IMG/VR virus record: IMGVR_UViG_2778261657_000006
Coordinates: 1 to 33,734 of that record
DNA from: a virus
Lineage: Duplodnaviria > Heunggongvirae > Uroviricota > Caudoviricetes
Strand: one strand, 5' to 3'
Length of the DNA stretch: 33,734 nt
The notes below the pieces were generated by a model that saw only the letters and a program-made list of their open reading frames with translations, made no database searches and was not told the origin of the DNA. The position numbers and the translations under genes are program-made. This document shows, piece by piece, positions 1 through 7,631 of this stretch (position 1 is its first letter; every line of letters begins with the position of its first letter).

Positions 1-75
1 AAAACGAGTATTTTTAGTCATCCTGTTTACCTCTTTCTCAGGAAGTTTAGTCTCCAGGATTCCCGGGGCGGTTCA

Positions 76-1152
76 GTGAGTATGGCTAACGCCTGGCTCA
101 GATTATGGCATGACATGCCAAATGACCCTAAGTGGCGAACAATTGCCAGGGTGTCAGGGCAGCCAATTGCAACAGTGATGGCAGTGTATATCCACCTCCT
201 GGTGAGTGCGTCACGAAATGTCACGCGAGGTCACATTGATGTCACGACAGAAGATTTGGCAAGTGCACTCGACGTGACAGAGGAGGTAATTGATTCAATT
301 TTGCAGACGATGCAGGGGCGGGTACTTGATGGTGATTTAATCACTGGATGGGAAAAACGCCAGGTGCTGAAAGAGGACAACGGCAATATTTCGCAAACCG
401 CAAAATCTCCGGCAGAGCGCAAGAGGGCGCAGCGAGAGAGGGAAAGAAAGCGGGAACAAAATGGCGATTGTCACGGCGAGTCACGAAATGTCACGCACAT
501 GTCACGACGAGTCACGACAGATAAAGATACAGATAAAGATACAGATCAAGAAGATCAAAACACTATGGTCCATGGCGTAAAAAACGCCACGAACCAGGCA
601 GGGGATGCTCAGACCGTCAATCTTGGTCAGCCAGCAGGCACGACACCGGAAGCCGACTCAGCGTATGCGCTGAAAGCCGATTCGGGCGCTGTGCAGCAGG
701 TGATGACCGCAAGGCAGGAGCAATCACACCAACTTCAGCAGCCTGAAGCCGATTCCGCCATTCAGCGGGAAGCCGATCGGGTAGTCCCGGAAAACACCGG
801 GCAGCCTGTGGGACGAGTGGATTATCCTGATGTGTTCGAACAGGTCTGGCGGGAATACCCGTTGCGTGCCGGGGCAAACCCGAAGAAATCCGCTTTCAGT
901 GCCTGGAAAGCCAGATTACGCGAGGGGGTGCCACCAGAGGCCATGCTGGATGGTGTGAGGCGTTACGCAAGATACCTGGCGGCTACCGGGAAAACGGGAA
1001 CGGAATTTGTTCAGCGAGCGACGACGTTTTTGGGACCGGACCGGAATTTTGAGAACCCTTGGTTGCTCCCGGCAAGCGGCACGAACAACCAGCGTTGTGT
1101 GAATCATATTTCTGAACCGGATAACGAAATTCCGCCGGGCTTCAGGGGGTAA
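76..1152 (+). CDS. Putative phage replication initiation protein (O-equivalent; C-terminal region resembles the YdaU/DUF1376-type replication domain)
   Basis: 358-aa ORF. The coding sequence contains two clusters of 10-bp-phased TCACG repeats and an adjacent AT-rich tandem repeat, as in lambda where ori lies inside O. Basic KR-rich linker in the middle and a conserved-looking C-terminal domain (YPDVFEQVWREYP...GPDRNFENPWLLP). Start may be GTG at 76 or ATG at 82. Family assignment from memory, not searched. Confidence 0.55.
   Translation: MSMANAWLRLWHDMPNDPKWRTIARVSGQPIATVMAVYIHLLVSASRNVTRGHIDVTTEDLASALDVTEEVIDSILQTMQGRVLDGDLITGWEKRQVLKEDNGNISQTAKSPAERKRAQRERERKREQNGDCHGESRNVTHMSRRVTTDKDTDKDTDQEDQNTMVHGVKNATNQAGDAQTVNLGQPAGTTPEADSAYALKADSGAVQQVMTARQEQSHQLQQPEADSAIQREADRVVPENTGQPVGRVDYPDVFEQVWREYPLRAGANPKKSAFSAWKARLREGVPPEAMLDGVRRYARYLAATGKTGTEFVQRATTFLGPDRNFENPWLLPASGTNNQRCVNHISEPDNEIPPGFRG
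211..246. repeat. Iteron-like cluster 1: four TCACG/TCACA motifs phased at 10-11 bp (putative origin iterons)
   Basis: Direct reading: tcacgaaatg tcacgcgagg tcacattgat gtcacgacag, with motifs starting at 211, 221, 231 and 242. Confidence 0.5.
471..520. repeat. Iteron-like cluster 2: five TCACG motifs phased at 10-11 bp
   Basis: Direct reading: tcacggcgag tcacgaaatg tcacgcacat gtcacgacga gtcacgacag, with motifs at 471, 481, 491, 502 and 512. Cluster 1 is nearly a copy of part of this cluster. Confidence 0.55.
520..557. repeat. AT-rich tandem repeat (gataaagataca x2, then gatcaagaagatca) flanking iteron cluster 2; candidate DNA-unwinding element
   Basis: Direct reading. Encodes the DKDTDKDTDQEDQ low-complexity stretch inside the replication protein. 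Confidence 0.4.
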
Positions 1153-1192
1153 GTGTTAATTTCTGGTCATGAGGTAATTTTCAGGAGGGCTT

Positions 1193-1468
1193 GTGGCAAA
1201 AGTTTTTACACAAGAAGAGCGGGAAAAAATTAAAGGGCAGGTTGTTAAGCTAGTACGCCAGAGTGGGCGAGAGACGCTACGGCAACTGGAAGCTAAAACA
1301 GGTGCGACAAGATATCTGATGAGCGTTCTTGCCAGAGAGCTGGTTGCGAGCGGTGATGTATACAACTCTGGCTACGGGTTATTCCCGTCTGAACAGGCTC
1401 GTAAGGACTGGCAAAACGCCCGCAAAAAAACTCTCGAGGGCAAAGCTGAAGAAACCATCTGTGGTTGA
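1193..1468 (+). CDS. Hypothetical small protein (91 aa), possibly DNA-binding
   Basis: GTG start preceded by AGGAGG at about 6 nt. Basic, helical-looking sequence. An overlapping ORF in another frame (1329..1616) makes the local gene model ambiguous. Confidence 0.4.
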   Translation: MAKVFTQEEREKIKGQVVKLVRQSGRETLRQLEAKTGATRYLMSVLARELVASGDVYNSGYGLFPSEQARKDWQNARKKTLEGKAEETICG

Positions 1469-1730
1469 TCCGGACCTTATCTGGTCATTACCAGACGGAG
1501 AAATACGTCACTATGACAGGCGTCTAAACATAATCCGTCGCGAGTGCCGGAAGAGCGAAGTTATGCGGCGTGTGTTGAACTTTTATCATACCAGTAATAA
1601 GAAATTGGTTCGGTAAATGAAATTAAAGTGTATTGACTCAGATGTGAGGTAATATGTCTATGCATATAAACACTTTGTATGCATGTTGTGTTATTTTTAG
1701 TATGATAGAGTGTGTCAGATTTCTTATGAT

Positions 1731-1760
1731 TAAAAACAACCCTCAATAGAGGGTTGTTAC
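1731..1760 (-). terminator. Rho-independent terminator (bidirectional hairpin) immediately 3' of the OLD-family gene
   Basis: Perfect inverted repeat aacaaccctc-aata-gagggttgtt (1735-1758) followed by a T-run on the minus strand (plus-strand taaaaa at 1731-1736). Confidence 0.55.
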
Positions 1761-1788
1761 TAAATAATATTTATTACAACATTAAAAA

Positions 1789-3600
1789 TTAAAGGATCCA
1801 GATTTCAGGATTCTTTAGCGTCTCAATTTGGTTTTTATTACTGGCATAAAATGCATGATACATGTCTATCATTTTTTCGTTGGAGCTGATAAAAACAGAT
1901 GGATCTTTGTTTAAAATTCTGCTATATGTATCAAATATTGCTTTGTATTCTGGTGTTAAATTATTAGATAGAACTGATGTTACTGTCTCAACTTTGTTTG
2001 ATGGATTGAAATTTTTAAAAAACAGTCCTTCGAAATGAGGTATTTGAATAAATACCATTGGTTTTTTACTTTTAGAGCATTCGTTCATTATGGATACATT
2101 TGAACCCCATGCTCCATTACCTGAAACGCTTCCTTGCTTTAAGCATTTTGGAATGTCGGAGTCATGTACTGCTATATACTCAACGTTAAATTGATTTAAT
2201 ATTTTAGCAAATGTTTTTATATTCCCTTTTCCTAAACAGTCAATGATATGATAATCAACTCCGACAATATCACATATTTTGTTAATGACGATTTTTTCAG
2301 TTGGGCCTTCAACTAATATTATATTGTCGTAAAAGAAAAACTCATTAACCATTGGGTTGCATAATCTTATCATTTTCATATTATCTTTTTCCTCTTCAGA
2401 AAAAGATAGTTCATCTGTAGATATTGTTTTATTTAGCGATTTGTCTTTTTCTATCCTAATTATAGTCGTGTGCTTCTTGGATAAGTCTATGAATACAGGG
2501 GAGTGTGTTGTAGCCATCACCTGCCAGTTATCATTGTTTGCTGCAAAATCATAAAGCGAGTCCCTCGCACTTCTAATTATAGGAGGGTGAAGAAATGATT
2601 CAGGCTCATCAATCAATAAAATATATTGTTTTTTCTCAACAGAGATAGGCTTACCTTTCGCTTTTTTTATTTTATCTCGTGCATGAGATTCGTGAGTCAA
2701 AATTTGCAAAGCAGACCATAAAACGGAGCGGCGAACACCGTGACCTTGGTTCTCGAGAAGAGAGCTATTTATCCCATCCATTTTCACTGTAAGGTTAGAT
2801 TCTGAAACCATAACATCCGCATCTACGGGATCCTTGGAAAGTATGTTTAATTCCAGTTCTAGCCCAGGAAAAACAGATGATGATGATTTGGAGACCTGCT
2901 GTAGAAGATCATCGATTTTTGATTTGGAATCTTTCATAAGAGTGTCTGTCAACTCTTGTATTTTCTGTATTATATCAGCTTTACTTTCCCCTGTTTTCAG
3001 TAACTCATCTTTTGCATCTTCCTTTAAGAAACTTATGATAATTTTTTTAGTTTCATCCATGGATTTATCTGGGCTTATTCTTATTGGTTGAGGAACTCGA
3101 CTTTGTAGTAGTGTGTCAAGTCCCCCAGAGCCCCCATCAATAAATATGCGTTTGCCAGAGGCATCATCAAGGCCATAGGATTGTTTTTGGGCTGCTTTTT
3201 CTGGATGTGACCAAACCCATTTAACACAATAATAGAGTTTGCTTTCCAATGGGGTATTATTTTTCTCCCAATCTCCCCCATACTTTCTTGCCATATTTCT
3301 TCTGTCAAGAGCATCATCTTTATAAAACCATTTCTCTCCCCCTAATGTACGAATATCATCATCAGTGATATCAGTGAAAATTCCGCACATTTCAATTGGT
3401 ATAGATATATCTGAGTTATAAAAATCATGAGCAGTCAGGCCTTTTGCTGATCCTAAAGATGCAAACTTTTCATACGCATCTAATATTGTTGACTTTCCAG
3501 AGTTATTTGGACCAATTAGCACAACTATATCATCGATATATACTTCTATTTCATCTTTTATCGACTTGTAATTTTTAATATTAAATTGCTGTAGCTTCAT
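1789..3600 (-). CDS. OLD-family (overcoming lysogenization defect-like) ABC-type ATPase fused to a TOPRIM nuclease domain; candidate anti-phage defence / exclusion protein
   Basis: 603-aa ORF. N-terminal Walker A GPNNSGKST (aa 30-38), Walker B/D-loop LLIDEPESFLHP, H-loop ATTHSP. C-terminal TOPRIM signature ILVEGPTEK (conserved Glu, about aa 431) and HDSD (DxD, about aa 480; codons around 2161-2169). Very AT-rich compared with the flanking phage genes. Candidate TATAAT -10 upstream and a hairpin terminator downstream. Confidence 0.8.
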   Translation of the reverse strand: MKLQQFNIKNYKSIKDEIEVYIDDIVVLIGPNNSGKSTILDAYEKFASLGSAKGLTAHDFYNSDISIPIEMCGIFTDITDDDIRTLGGEKWFYKDDALDRRNMARKYGGDWEKNNTPLESKLYYCVKWVWSHPEKAAQKQSYGLDDASGKRIFIDGGSGGLDTLLQSRVPQPIRISPDKSMDETKKIIISFLKEDAKDELLKTGESKADIIQKIQELTDTLMKDSKSKIDDLLQQVSKSSSSVFPGLELELNILSKDPVDADVMVSESNLTVKMDGINSSLLENQGHGVRRSVLWSALQILTHESHARDKIKKAKGKPISVEKKQYILLIDEPESFLHPPIIRSARDSLYDFAANNDNWQVMATTHSPVFIDLSKKHTTIIRIEKDKSLNKTISTDELSFSEEEKDNMKMIRLCNPMVNEFFFYDNIILVEGPTEKIVINKICDIVGVDYHIIDCLGKGNIKTFAKILNQFNVEYIAVHDSDIPKCLKQGSVSGNGAWGSNVSIMNECSKSKKPMVFIQIPHFEGLFFKNFNPSNKVETVTSVLSNNLTPEYKAIFDTYSRILNKDPSVFISSNEKMIDMYHAFYASNKNQIETLKNPEIWIL

Positions 3601-3650
3601 TACATGTATCCTTTTTCTGTTCGGAGTGGCACTTGCTAGTGCAAACTAAC

Positions 3651-3685
3651 ATTATAAAAGAATAAAGTGATAGTCTTTTTATTAA
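3651..3685 (-). promoter_or_regulatory. Candidate sigma70 promoter for the OLD-family gene
   Basis: Perfect TATAAT on the minus strand (plus-strand attata at 3651-3656) about 50 nt upstream of the ATG at 3600. The -35 element is weak and AT-rich. Not validated. Confidence 0.3.
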
Positions 3686-3800
3686 CACTGGGGCGTATCG
3701 TGATACATGTTATGTAAATGTTGCTTATCTCTTTCCTTTTATATGATTTGCTGTTATTTTTAAATGCCGAAGGCTTCCATATGTTTTTATCTCAGTTATC

Positions 3801-3846
3801 ACTATCTTTGATAGTTCGTGTGCATGCGCAGTTTCTTTGAAACTGC
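3801..3846. promoter_or_regulatory. Two adjacent palindromes (actatc-ttt-gatagt at 3801-3815; gcagtttc-ttt-gaaactgc at 3828-3846); candidate operator sites
   Basis: Direct reading of perfect inverted repeats in the AT-rich intergenic region between the divergent OLD-family and hok genes. Confidence 0.3.
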
Positions 3847-4030
3847 AGATATCCGCTCTTTACCCAAACGGACAGACAGATTTGTGTTATGCCAACGCAG
3901 AGCGTCGATGGGGAAATAGTATAATAAATGAAAGTTGTTAGTGTCGGATGGGCGTCGTTAACAGGATTTGAGAAAATGAATTTAATTGTTGTTATTGTTC
4001 TTATGGTTCGCCTTTCTGATTGATTTCATG

Positions 4031-4059
4031 TTGGCGAGGTAACGGTAGTTAAGTAGAAT
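4031..4059 (+). promoter_or_regulatory. Candidate hok promoter (TTGGCG - 17 nt - TAGAAT)
   Basis: Sigma70-like hexamers with 17-nt spacing. The predicted transcript would carry a leader of about 170 nt before the hok ATG, matching the long structured leader typical of hok mRNAs. Confidence 0.3.
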
Positions 4060-4234
4060 GGCTGTGGGTGCTTGAGGCTATCTGCCTCGGGCATGAACAC
4101 CAACGGCAGATAGAGAAAAGCCCCAGTTAACATTACGCGTCCTGCAAGACGCTTAACATTAATCTGAGGCCAATTTCATGCTAGACACATGTAGGTTAGC
4201 CTCTTACGTGCCGGAAGGCAAGGAGAAGCAGGCT

Positions 4235-4390
4235 ATGAAGCAGCAAAAGGCGATGTTAATCGCCCTGATCGTCATCTGTTTAACCGTCATAGTGACGGCA
4301 CTGGTAACGAGGAAAGACCTCTGCGAGGTACGAATCCGAACCGGCCAGACGGAGGTCGCTGTCTTCACAGCTTACGAACCTGAGGAGTAA
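4235..4390 (+). CDS. hokD: Hok/Gef-family membrane toxin (type I toxin), HokD/RelF-like
   Basis: 51-aa product MKQQKAMLIALIVICLTVIVTALVTRKDLCEVRIRTGQTEVAVFTAYEPEE: single N-terminal transmembrane helix plus the conserved Hok motif (TRK.LCE.R...G..EVAAF.AYE). The ORF track extends it in frame to 4178, but the recognisable Hok protein begins at the internal Met. Confidence 0.8.
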   Translation: MKQQKAMLIALIVICLTVIVTALVTRKDLCEVRIRTGQTEVAVFTAYEPEE

Positions 4391-4458
4391 GAGACTAGGC
4401 GGGGGAGAAATCCCTCGCCACCTCTGATGAGTCAGGCATCCTCAATGCACCCGCACTT

Positions 4459-4486
4459 AACCCGTTTCGGCGGGTTTTGTTTTTTC
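4459..4486 (+). terminator. Rho-independent terminator after hok
   Basis: Short GC stem acccg...cgggt followed by tttgttttttcc. Confidence 0.5.
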
Positions 4487-4557
4487 CTGGCATTCTGGTT
4501 TACAATTCGCACGCCAGCCTGAACAACTGGCACCTGCTGCGCCAGCAGAGAAAACAG

Positions 4558-4836
4558 ATGGCGCACAAGACCAAATTTCACAATTCTGATAACTCAGCCG
4601 ACCCTGCCATCCGGTACGGGCGGCGTTCACACGTCTTTAAAACTGACTGGTACCAGCATGATCCGTGCACTGAAGAACAGGCCGAATGGCTGATTCAGTG
4701 TTATCGCAGGCGCGGACGCGAGGTCAGGAAAGACCTCAGTCTTGACTTACGACACTGGATAATTTCCGTCAGGCTTCCTTATTCCGAACGCCCACCACGT
4801 CCATCCCGCACATTCCAGCAACGCATCTGGAGGTAA
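4558..4836 (+). CDS. Hypothetical protein in the position of Qin rem (between hok and the DUF968 gene)
   Basis: ORF in frame with track ORF 4477..4836, whose TTG start lies inside the hok terminator. The first ATG at 4558 gives about 92 aa. Assignment rests on synteny with the Qin prophage (hokD-rem-ydfU), recalled from memory. Confidence 0.4.
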   Translation: MAHKTKFHNSDNSADPAIRYGRRSHVFKTDWYQHDPCTEEQAEWLIQCYRRRGREVRKDLSLDLRHWIISVRLPYSERPPRPSRTFQQRIWR

Positions 4837-4837
4837 C

Positions 4838-5893
4838 ATGCGGGTATTGCTTCGACCTGTTCTGGTACCGGAACTCGGACTGGTTATCGTTAAGCCTGGC
4901 CGTGAATCCATGCAGGTATTCCATAACGGCAGAGTACTGGTGGAACCGGAACCGAAAAGTATGCGCGGTCTGCCGTCCGGAGTCGTTCCTGCCGTTCGCC
5001 AGCCGCTGGCGGAAGATAAATCATTACTGCCATTTTTCAGCGATGAGCGGGTAATTCGTGCTGCCGGTGGTGCTGGTGCATTGTCTGACTGGCTGTTGCG
5101 CCATATTAAATCCTGCCAGTGGCCACACGGCGATTATCATCACAGTGAAACCGTCATTCACCGTTATGGTACCGGCGCGATGGTGTTGTGCTGGCACTGT
5201 GACAACCAGCTGCGTGACCAGACCTCCGAATCATTGGAGCATCTGGCTCAACAAAACCTGGCAGCCTGGATGATTGACGTCATCCGTCACGCAATGAATG
5301 GCACGCAGGGGCGTGAATTATCACTGGCTGAACTGTACTGCTGGGCTGTTGTAAATAATGTGGTGGATGCCATGACCGAAAATATGGCGCGTCGAATCCT
5401 GAAACTTCCGGGTGAAAACATCCGCTCAGTGTACCGCGAAAGCGACATCGTACCGGGAGAACAGACCGCCACCAGCATACTGAAACAGCGCACAAAAAAT
5501 CTTGCGCCGCTGCCTCACGCCCACCAGCAAAACCCGCCACAGGAAAAGACGGTGGTCAGCATTGCCGTTGATCCGGAGTCACCGGCTCAGTATCTCCTGC
5601 GCCAGAAACCACAACGGGAAGAGATGCCTGTATACACGCGCTGGGTAAAAACGCAGAAATGCATGACGTGCGGTAATCAGGCAGATGATCCGCATCACAT
5701 CATTGGTCATGGACTGGGAGGGATGGGAACAAAGGCTGATGATTTGTTTGTTATTCCGCTGTGCCGTAAATGTCATAACGAACTGCACGCCGGGGTAAAA
5801 GATTTTGAAGAAAAACACGGCAGCCAGCTGTTGTTGCTGATTCGTTTTTTAATGCACGCGAGAAATTCGGGTGTCCTGAAGTGGAAAGCATGA
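4838..5893 (+). CDS. ydfU: DUF968-family protein (YdfU-like), with a C-terminal HNH-like Cys/His motif
   Basis: 351 aa. C-terminus CMTCGNQADDPHHIIGHG...CRKCHNELHAG (CxxC...HH...CxxCH). GGAG ribosome-binding site before the ATG. Sits immediately upstream of rusA and Q, as in Qin/DLP12-type prophages. Confidence 0.6.
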   Translation: MRVLLRPVLVPELGLVIVKPGRESMQVFHNGRVLVEPEPKSMRGLPSGVVPAVRQPLAEDKSLLPFFSDERVIRAAGGAGALSDWLLRHIKSCQWPHGDYHHSETVIHRYGTGAMVLCWHCDNQLRDQTSESLEHLAQQNLAAWMIDVIRHAMNGTQGRELSLAELYCWAVVNNVVDAMTENMARRILKLPGENIRSVYRESDIVPGEQTATSILKQRTKNLAPLPHAHQQNPPQEKTVVSIAVDPESPAQYLLRQKPQREEMPVYTRWVKTQKCMTCGNQADDPHHIIGHGLGGMGTKADDLFVIPLCRKCHNELHAGVKDFEEKHGSQLLLLIRFLMHARNSGVLKWKA

Positions 5894-6271
5894 ATGACTG
5901 AACGCATAGAATTTGTTTTGCCTTACCCGCCGACGGTGAATACCTACTGGCGACGTCGTGGCAGCACATATTTTGTATCAAAAGCCGGTGAGCGTTATCG
6001 CCGTGATGTGGCGCTTATTGTTCGCCAGCAGCGACTGAAATTAAACCTGTCCGGAAGGCTGGCAATAAAAATTATTGCAGAGCCACCGGATAAGCGCCGC
6101 CGCGACCTGGACAATATCCTGAAGGCACCACTGGATGCGCTGACGCATGCCGGACTACTTATAGACGACGAGCAGTTTGATGAAATCAATATTGTGCGCG
6201 GACTGCCTGTTCCTGGTGGGCGGTTGGGCGTGAAGATTTACGAAATTACAGGTGATAACGATGGTGCGTGA
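5894..6271 (+). CDS. rusA: RusA-family Holliday junction resolvase
   Basis: 125 aa with the RusA hallmarks: [54 protein letters not shown]. Confidence 0.85.
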   Translation: MTERIEFVLPYPPTVNTYWRRRGSTYFVSKAGERYRRDVALIVRQQRLKLNLSGRLAIKIIAEPPDKRRRDLDNILKAPLDALTHAGLLIDDEQFDEINIVRGLPVPGGRLGVKIYEITGDNDGA

Positions 6272-6647
6272 TATTCAGCAGGTTATGGAGCGGTGGGGAG
6301 CATGGGCTGCGAACAATCACGAAGATGTGTCATGGGCGTCAATCGCTGCTGGTTTTAAAGGATTAATCCCGCCGAAAGTGAAATCACGCCCTCAGTGTTC
6401 TGATGATGATGCAATGATAATTTGTGGCTGTATGGCCCGGTTGAACAAGAAAAATCAGGATTTGCACGATTTGTTGGTGGATTATTACGTAGGTGGAATG
6501 ACTTTTATGGGGTTGGCACGAAAGCATGGGTGTTCGGATACCTGTATTGGCAAGCGCCTGCAGAAAGCGGAAGGGGTTATTGATGGCATGTTGATGATGC
6601 TTGATATCCGACTGGAGATGGACAGATACGTAGAACGAATCATGTAG
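6261..6647 (+). CDS. Late-gene antiterminator Q (phage 82 / QuuD-type)
   Basis: Product [23 protein letters not shown]...[23 protein letters not shown]... closely resembles the DLP12 QuuD / phage 82 Q family as recalled. Overlaps the rusA stop. Followed by a promoter-terminator pair. Start could also be 6252. Confidence 0.7.
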   Translation: MVRDIQQVMERWGAWAANNHEDVSWASIAAGFKGLIPPKVKSRPQCSDDDAMIICGCMARLNKKNQDLHDLLVDYYVGGMTFMGLARKHGCSDTCIGKRLQKAEGVIDGMLMMLDIRLEMDRYVERIM

Positions 6648-6651
6648 GAGC

Positions 6652-6681
6652 TTGACCAGACACATTGTCCGGGGCTATATT
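6652..6681 (+). promoter_or_regulatory. Candidate late promoter pR' (TTGACC - 17/18 nt - TATATT) just after Q
   Basis: Direct reading. Position matches lambdoid pR'. A hairpin at 6689-6706 (cgccag-caaaat-ctggcg) lies in the predicted leader. Confidence 0.45.
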
Positions 6682-6741
6682 CCTCACGCGCCAGCAAAAT
6701 CTGGCGTCGGGATTGGCGTCCCGGATGAAAAAGGCGACAAC

Positions 6742-6763
6742 AGACGCGCCAGCGTCTTTTTTA
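6742..6763 (+). terminator. Candidate tR' rho-independent terminator (end of a short 6S-like leader transcript)
   Basis: agacgc-gcca-gcgtct stem followed by ttttttatt, about 80 nt downstream of the candidate pR'. Confidence 0.5.
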
Positions 6764-6920
6764 TTGTCGTTTGCACTGTCACATCTCAATGGTGGGCTGT
6801 GTGGGGGCGGAGCGATCCGCGCCGGTTCCTTTTTCCCGGTTACGCCAACCCTGCACAGTTCACCACCATACTGATTGGCGTCAGCAGTGGTGATGATTCA
6901 CATAGAAAAAGGATCATCCT

Positions 6921-7409
6921 ATGGCTATTCAAATCTCAGTTGAAACTCTTTCCCCGATCACCCATAACCAAATCCCTGTCATTACTACCGAGCTTTTGGC
7001 ACAACTTTATGGCACCGAAACTAATAACATCAAAGTGAACTATACACGCAATGCCGAGCGTTTTGTTTGTGGGAAACACTACTTCAAATTGGAAGGGGCT
7101 GAGTTGCGGGAATTTAAGAACAAGGTTACTCAAAGTAACTTAGTTGCACCGCGTACAAAGCACCTCATCCTCTGGACAGAACGCGGAGCAGCCCGTCACA
7201 CCAAAATGCTGGAAACCGATCAGGCGTGGGAAGTGTTCGAAAAACTGGAAGACTGTTATTTCAGCCAAAAACAACCACCAGCAGCACAAAACACCCCAAC
7301 CCAAAATGATGGATGCGCATTACTGATCCACTTCGATAAACACGGTCAGGTCGACTTCACGGAAAAACTACCCGCCGATGCGATGGTATGCACTCTGGAA
7401 CGGTTTTAA
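6921..7409 (+). CDS. ORF6N-domain / antirepressor-like protein (BRO/KilA-N superfamily-like) in the Q-to-lysis interval
   Basis: 162 aa. N-terminal region (ITHNQIPVITTELLAQLYGTETNNIKVNYTRNAERF..GKHYFKLEG.ELREFK) resembles the ORF6N/antirepressor fold as recalled; not searched. AGGA-type ribosome-binding site (aaaaaggatcatcctATG). Confidence 0.5.
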   Translation: MAIQISVETLSPITHNQIPVITTELLAQLYGTETNNIKVNYTRNAERFVCGKHYFKLEGAELREFKNKVTQSNLVAPRTKHLILWTERGAARHTKMLETDQAWEVFEKLEDCYFSQKQPPAAQNTPTQNDGCALLIHFDKHGQVDFTEKLPADAMVCTLERF

Positions 7410-7485
7410 AAATTTTCCCCGAACGCTTTACGATCGTAAAAAGTTGAATATCCTGTTAAGAGTGGTTACTACGCCAAACAGCTTA

Positions 7486-7509
7486 AACCCGCCACTGAGC
7501 GGGTTTTTT
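7486..7509 (+). terminator. Rho-independent terminator
   Basis: acccgc-cactga-gcgggt stem followed by tttttat. Confidence 0.55.
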
Positions 7510-7631
7510 ATGCCTGAAAAACGGTACAGGACGTTAAACGCGCTGGTGGTTGCGAATACTGGTCTTTCGGCTTGTATTTTTGTAAATCGATATATACTTA
7601 TCTTGTGACCAGTAATGTCAGGGCAATTGAT

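Noticed and set aside
520-557. Short tandem repeat considered as a possible CRISPR or VNTR element
   Set aside because: Only two to three degenerate 12-bp units inside a coding region, with no spacer-repeat architecture. Interpreted as the AT-rich part of an origin.
4178-4234. In-frame N-terminal extension of hok (MLDTCRLASYVPEGKEKQA) suggested by the ORF track
   Set aside because: Hok-family toxins are about 50 aa and the recognisable protein starts at the internal Met (4235). The upstream part is more likely hok mRNA leader. Translation of the extension cannot be excluded.
6652-7038. ORFs 6652..7038 and 6665..6874 downstream of Q
   Set aside because: They span the candidate pR' promoter, leader hairpin and tR' terminator; no ribosome-binding site; better explained as the non-coding late leader.
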